Below, piece by piece: positions 38,324 to 50,893 of a stretch of DNA of 64,000 bases. The notes under the pieces are model-generated. The model did not search any database. It was not told the DNA's origin and was given only the letters and a program-made list of their open reading frames with translations. The stretch is from Octopus sinensis. Its lineage: Eukaryota. Location: positions 6,758,001 to 6,822,000 of the forward strand of contig NC_043000.1 of assembly GCF_006345805.1 (NCBI RefSeq). The letters run 5' to 3'. The position numbers and the translations under genes were made by a program. How positions within the stretch are numbered: the first letter of the stretch is position 1; each line of letters begins with the position of its first letter.

Positions 38324-39608
38324 TTAGATGAAATTTTTGTTTGGGTCGGTTGTTTGACAAACCTGACCAGGCAGTGCTTAGGAGCAACAATAAAATAGGT
38401 GGTACAGTGCAGAAAGCTTAAGTGATGGTCTTTTGTTACTCACATTCAAGTGCCAGAGAAAAATAATGAAAGGAGGCAGAAACCAGCAGATCAGACCTGA
38501 CTGACTACTTTTTTATCTTTTTACTAAACCACCAAGAGAAATGGCTTAATGCTCAAAAGAATAATATTGTAGAAACTTCAACAGAATATAAAGGTCAATA
38601 TATTTATTCAATTCATGCATTACATATAGAGAAATCAATGAATTTATATGAACATCAAATCCAAAGTACATTAAAAAGAAAGTAAGCAACTTACAATCAA
38701 GATATTAAATAGCCAATAAAATTCATACTGGAATCAGCTGAAAACTGACACTACCAACACTTCCTTTTTAATAAGGAACATAAAACTTATAAACAGATTT
38801 AATAAAGGAAAATTTTAGAAGTTTTTTTTTTCTCTTCATTAATATTTCTATTTATGGAAATTCTCAGCCATAATAGAAAGTATAGAAAATTGAGAGCAGG
38901 ATCCATGTGTTTAGTTTCATAAATATTAACAGTCATTTTTTAATCATCATGCAATGAAATACATTTTTCTTTTGTTTTTTTTTTACATAAAGCACTAGAA
39001 CTCTCTTCAACTGATTGTTTTAAATATATAGATTTCCCACAGTGAGAATTCATTAGCATTTTTAAATTTACACCCAAAATAGTTAAGCAGATGCAAATGT
39101 TGCATTATTCAAAGTAAATTTCATGTCTAAATTTTTATCCATCATACATTGTTTTCTTTAGATGAGGTGAAATGCAGTGAAAGAGTAAAGAAAATAACAG
39201 GTAGTCTGCATCAATCTGATAATGTTTGGAATAGTCCAATTTCATCATTTTATTGTTTTGAAAAAGAGCCTTGATGTCCAAATACTAAAATATTGGAATC
39301 TTAAAACAGTTATGATGAAAATTAAAAAGTGAATCATTTTAACTTCTACAAATAAGAAAAGCTTTGTACCATTAACACGTAAGAACAGAATATTGAAAGA
39401 ATTATTTAATTTAACAAAACATTTCAAGTAAATAAATGAAAAAAAAAAAATCAACTTTAAGTACTCTGAGAGCAAAGAAGAAAATAAAAATTTACGTTAG
39501 TAAATTGTTTTCTTTTTTGCCAAAATAAAATCATTAACTGTAGATATGAATAGTTAAAAAAAAATTTTGTAAAAATTCTATTTAAAAGACTGTTTCTTTT
39601 CAATATTT

Positions 39609-40646
39609 CTAAATCACTTGACATACTTCAAGCCGATGTTTATGTAAGTAACGCTTCTGAGCAAAAGCTCGACCACATTTTTCACAAAGAAAATTCTTGC
39701 TTTTAACAGTGTGAATTAACATATGTGAGCGTAAATTAGATTTGTCTGCAAATGCTCGATTACATCCATTATGTGTGCACTGAAATGGCCTTTCACCTGT
39801 ATGTGTACGCATATGGCCTTTTAGAAGCCAAGAACGAGTAAAAATCTTTCCACAAATACCACACTTGTTTTTCTGATCAGAGTGAGAGCGAGCATGAGCA
39901 GCAAGGGCTGAAAAGTTGTTGAAAGAGCGTTTGCATTTTAAACAGTTGTGACAGGAGACATTAGTGTTCAACTCAAATGAATTATAGGGGTACAGTAATT
40001 CATTTACAGAAAACCTGGAGTAATCTGTTGAAACTTTTTGGTCAGAATCAGAATTTTGCTTCCCTCCTTTAGATGAATGGCTAATCAAGAAAGAGTGATT
40101 GGTAGAAACATATCTGTCACACAGCAACATATTGAGAGGTTCATATGTATAATGTTCCCTTGGTTTAATACCTCCAGCCTTAGTATTATCTTCTAAACAG
40201 AATGGATTCTCTCCAAGAGGTATATTATTTAGATATCGGGTTGTAATAGGCAAAGACTCAGCAAGATAGGACGTAGTTCTGGACATGTTTGTCAGGTTAC
40301 TGATGTTTTTATTTATTTTATATGGGATCTCAGAGCAGTGGAACTTTAATTTTCGATTAGCAGCTGAAATCTTCTTGTTTAAAACATAGTTGAAATTTTG
40401 TTTGCAAATCACATCTTCCAAAGGTAGAGCAGATGTATAGAAATCTGGAACATTGCTATTGATATGAAAACGTGTCACAAAGGACATATTACTCAACGAG
40501 GTCTTTACTAGTGTGTGATTGTTGGATGTTGAGCTCTGTTCTTGGTATGAAGAATCATGGCAATTTAAAGTGTTCTGACAATAAGCTAATTGGTTGGAAT
40601 GATGACCTTGCCTTTTAGTTATAACGCGTCCAGATCTGGTAACCAT
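39609..40646 (-). CDS. Snail/Scratch-superfamily C2H2 zinc-finger transcription factor (main/terminal coding exon; may start at a splice acceptor at 40663)
   Basis: 345-aa ORF with no internal stops. Four C-terminal fingers (about 39612-39944): CLKC..HARSH; CGICGKIFTRSWLLKGHMRTHTGERPF; CTHNGCNRAFADKSNLRSHMLIH; CEKCGRAFAQKRYLHKHRLEVC. These match the Snail/Scratch signatures FSRPWLLQGH-RTHTGEKPF, AFADRSNLRAH and the terminal C2HC finger. The frame stays open upstream of the ATG to a ttttacag acceptor. Confidence 0.9.
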   Translation of the reverse strand: MVTRSGRVITKRQGHHSNQLAYCQNTLNCHDSSYQEQSSTSNNHTLVKTSLSNMSFVTRFHINSNVPDFYTSALPLEDVICKQNFNYVLNKKISAANRKLKFHCSEIPYKINKNISNLTNMSRTTSYLAESLPITTRYLNNIPLGENPFCLEDNTKAGGIKPREHYTYEPLNMLLCDRYVSTNHSFLISHSSKGGKQNSDSDQKVSTDYSRFSVNELLYPYNSFELNTNVSCHNCLKCKRSFNNFSALAAHARSHSDQKNKCGICGKIFTRSWLLKGHMRTHTGERPFQCTHNGCNRAFADKSNLRSHMLIHTVKSKNFLCEKCGRAFAQKRYLHKHRLEVCQVI

Positions 40647-41037
40647 AACACTGGGATCAAAAGCTGTAAAATATAAGCAGAAATTTATTATTATAAAACT
40701 GTAATTTTATAACTAAAACTAAATGCAAGTGATCCTGAGGTGGTCTAAAGTAAGATTTTCTCACAAAATTAAAAAACAAAACAAACCTCAAAAAGAAAAG
40801 ACTAAACAGCCAAATATATTGCATGTGAGTTCCAAACTTTTTGCTAATATTTATATGTTTACTTAGCTGTTAAAGGCAGATATCACATTAGCTGAGAATA
40901 TTACACGTGTTTCTCAATGCTCTACTTTAAATTCTTTCTTTCTGAACATCAGTTTGCATCAAATACTTCCTACTTGTTAGAAAAGTGTATCTTTTCATTC
41001 TTTTTAAAATAACAATCATCAGATAAAAAATTAAGAA

Positions 41038-41143
41038 GTCTTTACTAATGTATGATTATTGAATGTTGAGCTCTGTTCTTGGTATGAAGAATCATGGTAA
41101 TTTAAAGTGTTCTGACAATAAGCTAATTGGTTGGAATGATGAC
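41038..41143 (+). repeat. 106-bp copy of zinc-finger exon sequence 40501-40606
   Basis: Ungapped alignment with five mismatches (4 G>A, 1 C>T on +). Confidence 0.92.
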
Positions 41144-41865
41144 AAACACTCTCAGAGTGGTTGGCGTTAGGAAGGGCATTCAGCTGTAGAAACTCTGCCA
41201 AATCAAATTGGAGCCTGGTGCAGCCATCTGGTTCGCCAGTCCTCGGTCAAATCGTCCAACCCATGCTAGCATGGAAAGCAGACGTTAAACGATGATGATG
41301 ATTCAGCATTTCAACAAAACCTACCCCATGGAGAAATGTATAAAATCTTTTATTTACAATCCAAAATGTTTTTATTTGTTTCAGTAGAATTAGACATTAT
41401 AAGATTCCCCAATTGTTGGGTCAAGGAGGAAATGCTTAGCTGTATATGAATGTCTGTATCATTACTATTATCCTTTTATCAACTTATTTCTATAATACAT
41501 TTTTTAAAAAAATTATATACAATAATGTTTTATTAAGTAACTATATTTACAGTAAAGAATTCCTCAAACAAGTGAGTTCCATGAATGGAAAACGCACAAG
41601 CAATTCGAAAATGACGAGTGTTTGAAACAGATGTAGGAAGAGCAATATATAGGAAATTGAAGCTGCCATCATGTAAAATATCATTACTATTCCAAAGGCG
41701 CCTGCTTACATTTATTAATGTTCGTGTGTTGTATGTTTGAGGAAAAGTATTCTATATAGAAACAGTGAGTAAATATTTATTGTAGTACTGAGATTATTCT
41801 ATTATTACTTAGAATTTTAGGAGTAACGCTATTCATACACACATACGGTAAGCGTACATCCCAGC

Positions 41866-42573
41866 ATCCGCCAACTTTTGTTTCCTCATAACTTTCAGAA
41901 AAATGAGAATTTTTGGTGAAAGTTTTTACAAATACTTCTGAGGTAGTGTAGACTTCGATTATATCGGAATTTAATGTGGAAAAAAAAGGGGGTGGGGGTG
42001 CGGGTCATTTTGGCTTGAACGGCAGTTTTTTCTAGTGGTGTCATATGAAATTGTCACCCATAATTATGACCCTAATATCGATCTATTGCATTTCAATCTG
42101 TTTTAGGGTTAGGGGTGGGGGAAAGGGTATCTTTTTTTCTTCAGAAATGTAAATAAACCCAATCTGTTTCTTAAACGAGGGGCATATTCATACGGCACAG
42201 AATGTTTTCACCTCAATAGACGTCATTGATTGGTTGAAATTGCAGAAAAAACAACAAATATCTTACTAACTATAGAATTTTCTCAATAAAGCCAAGAAAA
42301 AAGATGTTTTATAAACACATTCTACCAGTATACGAAGTTTAAAAGTGTTTAGTTACGTGGAAATTATTTTAAAAAACTGCCGTTCAAACCGAAAGGATTC
42401 TGGTGTGCAAATGAAATTCGAAATTATGAGCGCCCACCATTTTTTATTCTTTTCTTTTTACATTAATTCCGATATAATCGTAATCTGTGAGATATTTCTA
42501 GAAAAATTTCATTAAAAAAATATCCTTTCTTTATTTTCAAAGTTATGAGGAAATAAAATCATTGGAGGGACAC
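41866..42573. mobile_element. Older inverted-repeat element that hosts the 42002-42400 MITE
   Basis: tttcctcataacttt and cgattatatcggaatt..aatgt on the left pair with their reverse complements at about 42460-42555. Confidence 0.65.
42002..42400 (+). mobile_element. Second copy of the 8-bp-TSD MITE
   Basis: Colinear with 60281-60692. Flanks gggggtgc / tggtgtgc match at 6/8 positions. Confidence 0.85.
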
Positions 42574-44814
42574 ATGCGACAGAGAGAGAGAGACAGAAAG
42601 AGAGAGGGTACCTTTCTGAGTAGTACAAAATTTGAAATGATATATGCCCTAAGGCTAGCCAGTTGCTTTTCCCTTTTATTGCTATTTCAACCAGTGAGAA
42701 TGATATTGTGATAAGGTTAACTTGCTAAGACTCCTTTTAAAAGATAATCATAGATTTCCCTCAAGAGCATTAGAAAATAGATCTAAATGTTAACAGACGA
42801 CAGTGTCGTCGAAACTGTCACGAAACTTATGCTGCATCGTGCCATTCGACATTATGAATTCAATGAGAATCATGATACAAGAGAGAAAAGAAAGATTCTG
42901 ACAATTTGTTATGGCAACAAATATCTAAAGGCGACCAAATGATGATTTTAATTGTTTTTCCCCCAATAATTATTTTCCATCATCAATTCTTTATTTCCAA
43001 CGAACATATTTTTAATCATTTGAGCGCGTAAGTTACTTTTGTCTGAGACATTTCTGAGCTTAAAGACAGAAGACTGACAAAGTGAATATATTTTCAACGT
43101 TCAACGAAACAACTGGACTGGTGATATGAACTTGAAGGAAAGAATTTAAAAAGCTATGATGAAATTCTGTTTGGACAAAATAAACATGAACAAATCGGAA
43201 GAAAAGAAAAAGACGACAACGATGATGATATGGACAAAAAACATGGATGAACCAATAACAGAGAAACATAAACCAGTCGAAGGAGAATCTGCGGTTGTGT
43301 CACATAGAACTGGGTTTACTATTCTAGTAAACCCTATTCTATGTGACACGTTCTATCAGTATTCGAAGTTTCAAAGTGTTTAGTTTTAAAAATTGATTTA
43401 AAAATTTGGCCCTCAAATTGAATAGATCCGTTCGATCTGCTAGAAATAGTAGTTAGAAGAAGGACACATTGAATAATGTAGTCGTGGACACACACTGTAT
43501 CTGAAGAAAATCGTGACAGCCATGGTTGGAATGCCTTTGCTCGCAGGGCTATAAACCTCACTGGTATTAAACCAGATCAGTATTAACCGTGGATCTTTTC
43601 CTTTTGAAAAGATCCTTAACCGTAGCATTACAAGTGATGAAGACAAACTATTCGAAAAAGGTTTCAAATAGAGTAACGCACAACGTGTGTGTGTTATTCA
43701 AATTTGAAATGGTTTCTTTGTCTGATCAAGGAAGGTTATCCCAAACCGACATTTTCAGAAGCAATTAAAAAGGGACCATACAAATGTCGATCGACGTGCT
43801 AGAAATAGCAGCCAAACCCCTTCTGTCTGTCTATCTATCTATCTTTCTAATTATCTATCTATCTATTTATCCCATCTGACAACCTCAAGAAGGACAGGTC
43901 ACATTAGGAAATATAATCCAATGCCATTTGGTTATAGGTTTGCTCGACTAAAGCTGACTTGGGATTTAATCAATAAAAATAACAAAGAAATTACACAGAA
44001 ACGAATTTAAAAAGCCAAAACAATAACCACTTAGTGAAATTACGAGGACCTCCTTGTATGAAATGTTTGCGTTGTGGTGCTTATAAATCGATATTATATG
44101 GCCTTAAATGATAATCGTACGTGGAAGATAAACTGGCTGAGTGTATGTAAGAAATGATACTGCAATGAAGATGGGCAAAAGTAAGAGTAGGGATGTGAGC
44201 AGTATCTGCTGGGGATATTTAATCACAGGCCGACTGATTAAACAAATATCTATAAGCATAAAACGTTCTAAGAATGATTATCCAATGTAGTCTTAGACAA
44301 AATCATTCTTCAACACCGAAGGGTGGTGAGCTAAGGGATATTTGGCTTCTATATCTTGCAGGCCCAACCACGTTGCTGGTCAGCTTATGGACTCGTCTTT
44401 CATAAATATTAAACGTGTATACGTATAATCTCACGCATGCATATACGCAAGTGCACACACACACACACACACACACAAACACGCGTACACATCTTTTATC
44501 TCTTCCTTGTTTCAGTCATTAGACTGCAGCCATGCTGGAGCACCACCTTGACGGACTTTTAGTTGAACGGATCGACCCTAGAACTTATTTCTTTTTAAAG
44601 CTGGGTTTTTATCTGTCGGTCTCTTTTGCCGAACCGCTAGATTACTGGAACGTAAACATACCAATACCGGTTGTCAAGTAGTGGTGGGGGGACAAACACA
44701 CACACACACACGTGTATATATATAATATAAACAATATTTATATGCATACATACATATATGTATATATACATATATATACACATATATATACATATCTATA
44801 TACATACATACATA

Positions 44815-44899
44815 CATTTTCTATTCCTGAGCGTTATACTAATACATGTTTGTTTTGTACTCCACCTGTCTTCGTCTTTTGTCTTTTTTCGTAAACTTT

Positions 44900-44901
<2 letters not shown>
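44815..44901 (+). mobile_element. Solo 3' end of the same Neptune-type pLTR
   Basis: Matches the reverse complement of about 52583-52680 (ctattcctgagcg..actaatacat..gtactccacctg..cgtaaac). Confidence 0.75.
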
Positions 44902-44941
<40 letters not shown>

Positions 44942-44971
44942 GCATATATACATATATACATACATATATAC

Positions 44972-45009
<38 letters not shown>

Positions 45010-46154
45010 GTATATATATATATGTACATGTGGGCAAAGGACGCCACCAACAGCAAACAACATGAAATATGAAAACAAATAAGTTAAATAGGCAAATAAC
45101 GAGAGAAAAAATGGAAAACAGGACAAGTAATACAAAGAACAACCCTTCATCAGTTGTTGGCTGTCTATCTACTCCCCATTTCAAGCAATATAATAATGTT
45201 TATCTCTATGGGTTTTAAAGCATGCTAGCCACTGATATTAGTGTTATTAATTTATAATAATAATAATTTTATCCTTTATATATATATATGTATATATATA
45301 TATAATATATATATATATATACCTGACAGTAAATAGAAATAATTTAATCCAAAGATTTATTTATATTTAACAACTGAATGAATTTAATAAAAGCATCTAA
45401 ATATGAAACCTCATGAAACTTGTTCAAACTGAAGTCCTTCTTGAATGACACATTTCTCCATTCAAGTCAATACAGAATTACAGATGGTATTTATGGAATT
45501 TTGATTTTACTGCCGGGTGACTTTTGGTCAAGTCTGTATACACACACATGTAGAAGGTTGAAAGGGAATACATGAGTTGATATGTATAAGGAAAATAAAA
45601 CAAGGTAGAAAATGCTAAAATAATTTTATCATGAAGAACATTTTAGTACCGGCTTAATTGTGGAAAAATTAAAAGAAATGTTTTTTAAAAATATTTCCAT
45701 AGTTTTCAAATGCAAGGGACATTTTCTGTTTTTCAGTCTGTCTCTGTTTCTCTTTTTTACTCTACAATTAAATACACGACAGGTTTCCGGGTTTCCTCTC
45801 AGTTTCCATCTATCAAATTCACTCACAAAGTATTGGTTGATCCTGGGCTTATAGTAGAAGACTCTTGTCCAAGGTGCTGCACAAGGAGATTGAACCTGAA
45901 ACCATGTGGTTACAAAGCAAGCTTCTAAACCACACAACTATACATTCTTTCGAAACTGAGGATTAACTCCAAGTTTCTCATTTTTATTTGTTCCTTCATT
46001 CCATGAACAGATTTACCTGTTGAATGAATAGACTCTATGACGAGTATTTAATGCTTTTGTCTGTTAGTAATCTGAGACAGACGGACATGTGTATATGTGT
46101 TTGTACATGCATATATATATGTATGTATGTATGTATATATATACATACATATAC

Positions 46155-46925
46155 TCTTTTTTACTTTTTCAGTCATTTGACTGTGGCCATGCTGGAGCAC
46201 CGCCTTTAGTCGAGCAAATCGACCCCTGGACTTATTCTTTGTAAGCCTAGTACTTATTCTATTGGTGTCTTTTGCCGAACCGCTAAGTTACGGGGAGGTA
46301 AACACACCAGCATCGGTTGTCAAGCGATGTTGGGGGGGGGACAAACACACACATATATATAAACATATATATGACGGGCTTCTTTTCAGTTTCCATCTAC
46401 CAAATCCACTCACAAGGCTTTGATTGGCCCAAGGCTATAGTAGAAGACACTTGCCCAAGGTACCACGCAGTGGGACTGAACCCGGAACCATGTGGTTGGT
46501 AAGCAAGCTACTTACCACACAGCCACTCCTAAGCATATTATACATATTGTCTTTTATTTGTTTCAGTCATTAGTCTATAGCCATGCTGGGGCACCATCTT
46601 GGAGAATCTATTTTTAGTTGAATGAATCAGTCCCAGAACTTACATTTTTGTTTTAAGCCTGGGACTAATTCTGTCTCTTTTGCTGAACTGCTATATTACA
46701 GGGACGCAAACAAACCAGCACTGGTTGTCAAGCAGGGGAGGACAAACACAGATAGAAAGATACACACACACACATAGATATATACATATGTATACAAGAG
46801 ACTTCTTTCAGTTTCCGTCTACCAAATCCACTCACAAGGCTTTGGCCAGCCCGAGGCTATAGAAGACACTTGCCCAAAGTGCCAAGCAGTGGGACTGAAC
46901 CCAGAACCATATGGTTGGGAAGCAA
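46155..46925 (-). mobile_element. Two adjacent SINE family A copies
   Basis: Both are reverse complements of 820-1268. Confidence 0.85.
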
Positions 46926-47339
46926 GCTTCTTAACACATAGCTAAGCAAAATGGAGATGAACATGTGATCGGCTTGAAAGAATTGTTAAGATATTAAGAT
47001 GCTTTTCTTAACATGAAACCAATGGTAGCCTTAATACACAAATGAAGAAATTCTATCAACCAGTGAGGTGTTGAGCACTCATTTTCATTGTTTGACATTT
47101 ACGTATATATACAAACATATCAATAAGTATCTAAGAAAAATTTTTTTATATAGACTGCAGTTTCTAACTGTGAAATGTATATACATCTTATTCTTTTTGC
47201 ACAAAGTAAAACAGGGAGGTTGCTTTGACTCCTCTCATGTCAGAATGGCCATTTTCCATTTTCCAGAGGATAAGCACCTCTCAACTTTCTGCCTATGAAA
47301 CATTAAAGTAGTCGCTATTTAAACCAATCACTAAGTAGA

Positions 47340-48335
47340 GCTTAAATGACTTCAGTAATTTACACAGCATACATTTGTTGGGAGAGTAATTAAATACCTT
47401 ACCTCACCTATCGCCCATCAATGACCAGAATCCCCTGCACTGATGAATCGAGTGTGTTATGAACACATTTTCATGTTAAAGAGCTGTTCTCTTGTGACGA
47501 ACACAACAGCGATTAGCATACTTGCATTCAAGACCACAGGAACGTATTAAGGAAACTATATAAGACATTGTGCATGTGTGTGTCTAATGCACACTCTTCA
47601 ACCTGCAGAGGCTACAGGACAAGGCCAAGGTAGAGGAGGATTCAGTGCAGGACTTCCTATTTTGTTCACAGATAACAGCGCACTCAAACGCCACCAAAGG
47701 CCCAGATGCAGCAGAGCATGAACAGCTTTTCCACTGCCTGCTACAACTTTGGCCTCACAATCAGTACTCATAAGACAAAGGTACTAGCATAGCTAGAGTG
47801 TGAGCTGCTAAGGGTGGCCCTTCAGTTTGCCAACCCCGGGCTCCAACAAAAATACATATTACCTATAACAAACTTAAAAATAGTGCCATCCTCTGCCTCT
47901 AACTACGCTAGTGGACAGAGGTCATGTACTAACCTGCTCTGCAGAAATCGTATGTTGATTCAATTGTCAGCCAAAAGGGAAAACCTGAAGGTTGCACACT
48001 CTCCAGATCTGTGAACACTGATGATGAAGTTGACACACACAACAGCAAAGGAAGTTCAGCATCCGGGTGGCTACGTGAATCAGTGTGAGAGAGGAGAGGC
48101 ATTAGGCTGGCTACCAAGTTGAAGGGGTACCAAACAGTTGTACTGCTTACGCTACTATATGCCTGCGAAACTTAGATGGTTTATGAATGCCACACAAAAA
48201 GCTAAACAACTTCCACATGAACTGCTTCTAAAAGCTATTGAAAATCAGCAGGTAAGACAAGGTCCCAGATACGGAGCCTTCCTCTCTAGCTGATTTGCCA
48301 AGCACTTACACACTGCTGAAGAGAGCACAAAATAC
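47340..48335 (+). mobile_element. Decayed RTE-clade LINE RT fragment
   Basis: Remnants LFTDNSAL..QSMNSFSTACYNFGLTIS.HKTKV, TLSRSVN.DDEVD, LLYACET and KVPDTE..LPSTYTLLKRAQ, across many stops and frameshifts. Confidence 0.85.
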
Positions 48336-48370
48336 CTTAGGAATGAGAACCCAGGATCGAAATTTCCCCA

Positions 48371-48490
48371 AGAAACCTGATGAAGGCTGGAGGATATATC
48401 AGCCAAAACGTTGTGTTAACAACAAACAAAATGAGGACAAATATCCATCAAATGTAAATAATTCCTCATCTCTTAAATATAGAACTGAGC
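48371..48490 (+). mobile_element. PLE pLTR-like remnant with degenerate hammerhead
   Basis: CUGAUGA-A-GGCUG(10 nt)CAGCC-AAAA-CG-UU at 48377-48412. GAAA appears mutated to AAAA. Confidence 0.5.
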
Positions 48491-48911
48491 TATTCTCTTT
48501 ATTTAAGACATGAGCCAGTGGAGTGAAATGTGGTTGTTGCACTTGCTAGAAATAACAGTGAAACTTCATTCAAATCACACCCTTACCATCTTAAATTATA
48601 AAAAAGGAAAGTCTAACAGGAAAATGTGGAGCTTGACACATTGTGTGAATGAACCATGTGATGGTCATGGATGGCATGCATTTGATCACAGGTCTACTTG
48701 ATGAGAGCTGACCTGGAGTTATGTAACTAGCCAATGAAAGAGCCACCATGGCAAACATGAGCAACTTTTTTGAGAAACAGGCCTCATGAGACAGAGTTCA
48801 AATTCAACTTAATTTTTCGTTAGATGTGTCATGCATAAAGTCCTGCAGGCCACAGCTTGCCTATGACTGCTCAATGGCATCACACAACATGCTAGAAATA
48901 GTAGCCAAATC

Positions 48912-50194
48912 TATTAGGTTGTCAAGTATGAAATTTGTAGTAAGGTGTATGCTAAACTTTGACAGCTGCTCATTTCACGCCATTATTATATTTTGACAAT
49001 CTTTATTTTTTTGTAAGAAAGTTGACACAACTATTTCTTTATTCTAACTCTTTTTGTGCTTTATAAAGTATTTATTAATCACTTTTTGCTATTTTTGTTT
49101 AGAGATGGATAAGTTGGAAATTCGTACAGTTTTGAAATATGAGATCTTTCTTGGAAATACAGCATCACGGACAGCTCGGAATATTAATGGAGTATTTCAT
49201 TCTAATGTTATTACACAGCAGACAGTATCAAATTGGTTTGCAAAATTTCGTTCTGGTAACTTTGACCTCACAAATGAGCAATGCAGTCAACCAGAAACAA
49301 AGGTGAATAATGACGATCTGACAGCCGCCGTCGAGTCAGATCCATCTCAAAGTACCTGTGAATTTTCATTGTTGTTTGGTGTTAGCAAGTAAACAATATT
49401 GACTCACCTAGTTCAAATCGGTAAAGTGAAAAAGTTGGATAAGTGGGTTCCACATGAACTCAATGAAAATCAGAAACAGCAACGTTTGGCAGCCTGCATT
49501 ATGCTACTTTCTCATCACAAAAATGAATCATGTGATGAGAAATGGATCCAATGCAACAACCGTAAATATTCAGTACAGTGGTTGGACAAAGATGAGCCCC
49601 CAAAACACAGTCCAAAAAGCAAAATTATCAAAAGAAGCTGAGGTGTGTATTTGGTGGTTTGGCACAGATGTGATCCATTATGATTTCATTAAACCTGGCT
49701 CATCAATCATGGCTGAAGTATACTGCAGCCAACTGGACCAAATGATGCAGAATTTTACAAAAAACCCAGCCTAGATTAGTCAACAGATCCACTCCTATTT
49801 TATTGCAAGACAACGCCAGACTACACATTGCAAAAATGACATTGGCGAAACTACAGGAGTTGGAATTGGAAGTTCTCCATCATCCACCCTACTCACCTGA
49901 TCTTGCCCCCACTGACTACCACTTCTTCCAGAATTTGGATAACTTTTTGATAGGAAAAAAAAAAAAATTCTGACAATGGTGTAAAACAGGCCTTCCAAAA
50001 TTTTATTGACTCTAGATTGCCAGGCTTTTACTGTTCCAGGCTGGACAAGCTACTGCTGAAATGGCAAAAGTATATTGACAATATGGGTGTATACTTTGAT
50101 GAATAAAACTATTCCTTGTATTTATAAAACATTAGCAAACATTTTTGTTCTTTTCTACAGATTTCATACTTGACAATTATTCAAAAACCTAATA
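48912..50194 (+). mobile_element. Near full-length but inactivated mariner (Hsmar/cecropia-like) transposon
   Basis: TIR TATTAGGTTGTCAAGTATGAAAT, with a right copy at 50161-50194 carrying a short insertion. Transposase 49105-50106 has WVPHEL, CDEKW, QDNAR.H, HPPYSPDLAPTDYHFF and YFDE, plus stops and frameshifts. Confidence 0.92.
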
Positions 50195-50604
50195 TTTCAA
50201 ATCACAATAATATTTTCAAATGGGAAAAATGCACTAAATAATGTAGTTTGGGATTAGGAGATGTCTGGAAACGAAAAAGAAAACAGGAGTGATCATGGCT
50301 GGACATCTTTGATCATAGATCTTCTGTATAAGGGCTGGTCCGGGACTAAACATCAGCTTACAATGAAATCAAAACTTGCATCTCACAGCAAACTGCCTGC
50401 GGACATTGTTGGTCAGTGATAGAATCCTTTTAAGAGAAAGAGGGGGAGAAAGAGAAGGGGAGGACGAACAGGAATGTATGTGTGTGTGTGTGTGTGTGTG
50501 CATGTGTGCCTCTGCTAAACATTAAATATATATATATACTCATGTTGCATCACCAAACCTATATAGTTGTGTGTGTGTGTATATGTATATATAGATATGT
50601 GAGC

Positions 50605-50893
50605 AAAACGCCCCCGTCCAATGGATGGTGCTGAGTTGTCAAACATTTAAACCAAATTTTCTCAAAACAACTTGCACGCGCATTTTTCTCATGTATGCAT
50701 ATGTACTTGCACGTTCCCACGGCTTTATCGATCGCATTCTCACCTGGAATCGATATTTGTAATTTTTTAAAGACTTATACACGCCCTGATACCATCAGTA
50801 TCTACATATCAAATTTGAGCGCAATCGGATGGAGATGCCCGAGATCCTAGAAGACACACAGACAGACAGACAGAACGGATTTTATATAATAGA
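50605..50893 (+). mobile_element. Possible non-autonomous Helitron-like repeat
   Basis: 3' part aaatttgagcgcaatcggatg...(GACA)n...ttttatataatagat resembles invertebrate Helitron-derived short elements. Based on recall only. Confidence 0.3.

Noticed and set aside
43060-43670. Protein-like composition at 43.1-43.7 kb
   Set aside because: Multiple stops in every frame and no recognisable motif.
45030-45187. CUGAUGAAGGG on the minus strand as a hammerhead
   Set aside because: No GAAA after stem II and no convincing stems I/III in any permutation.
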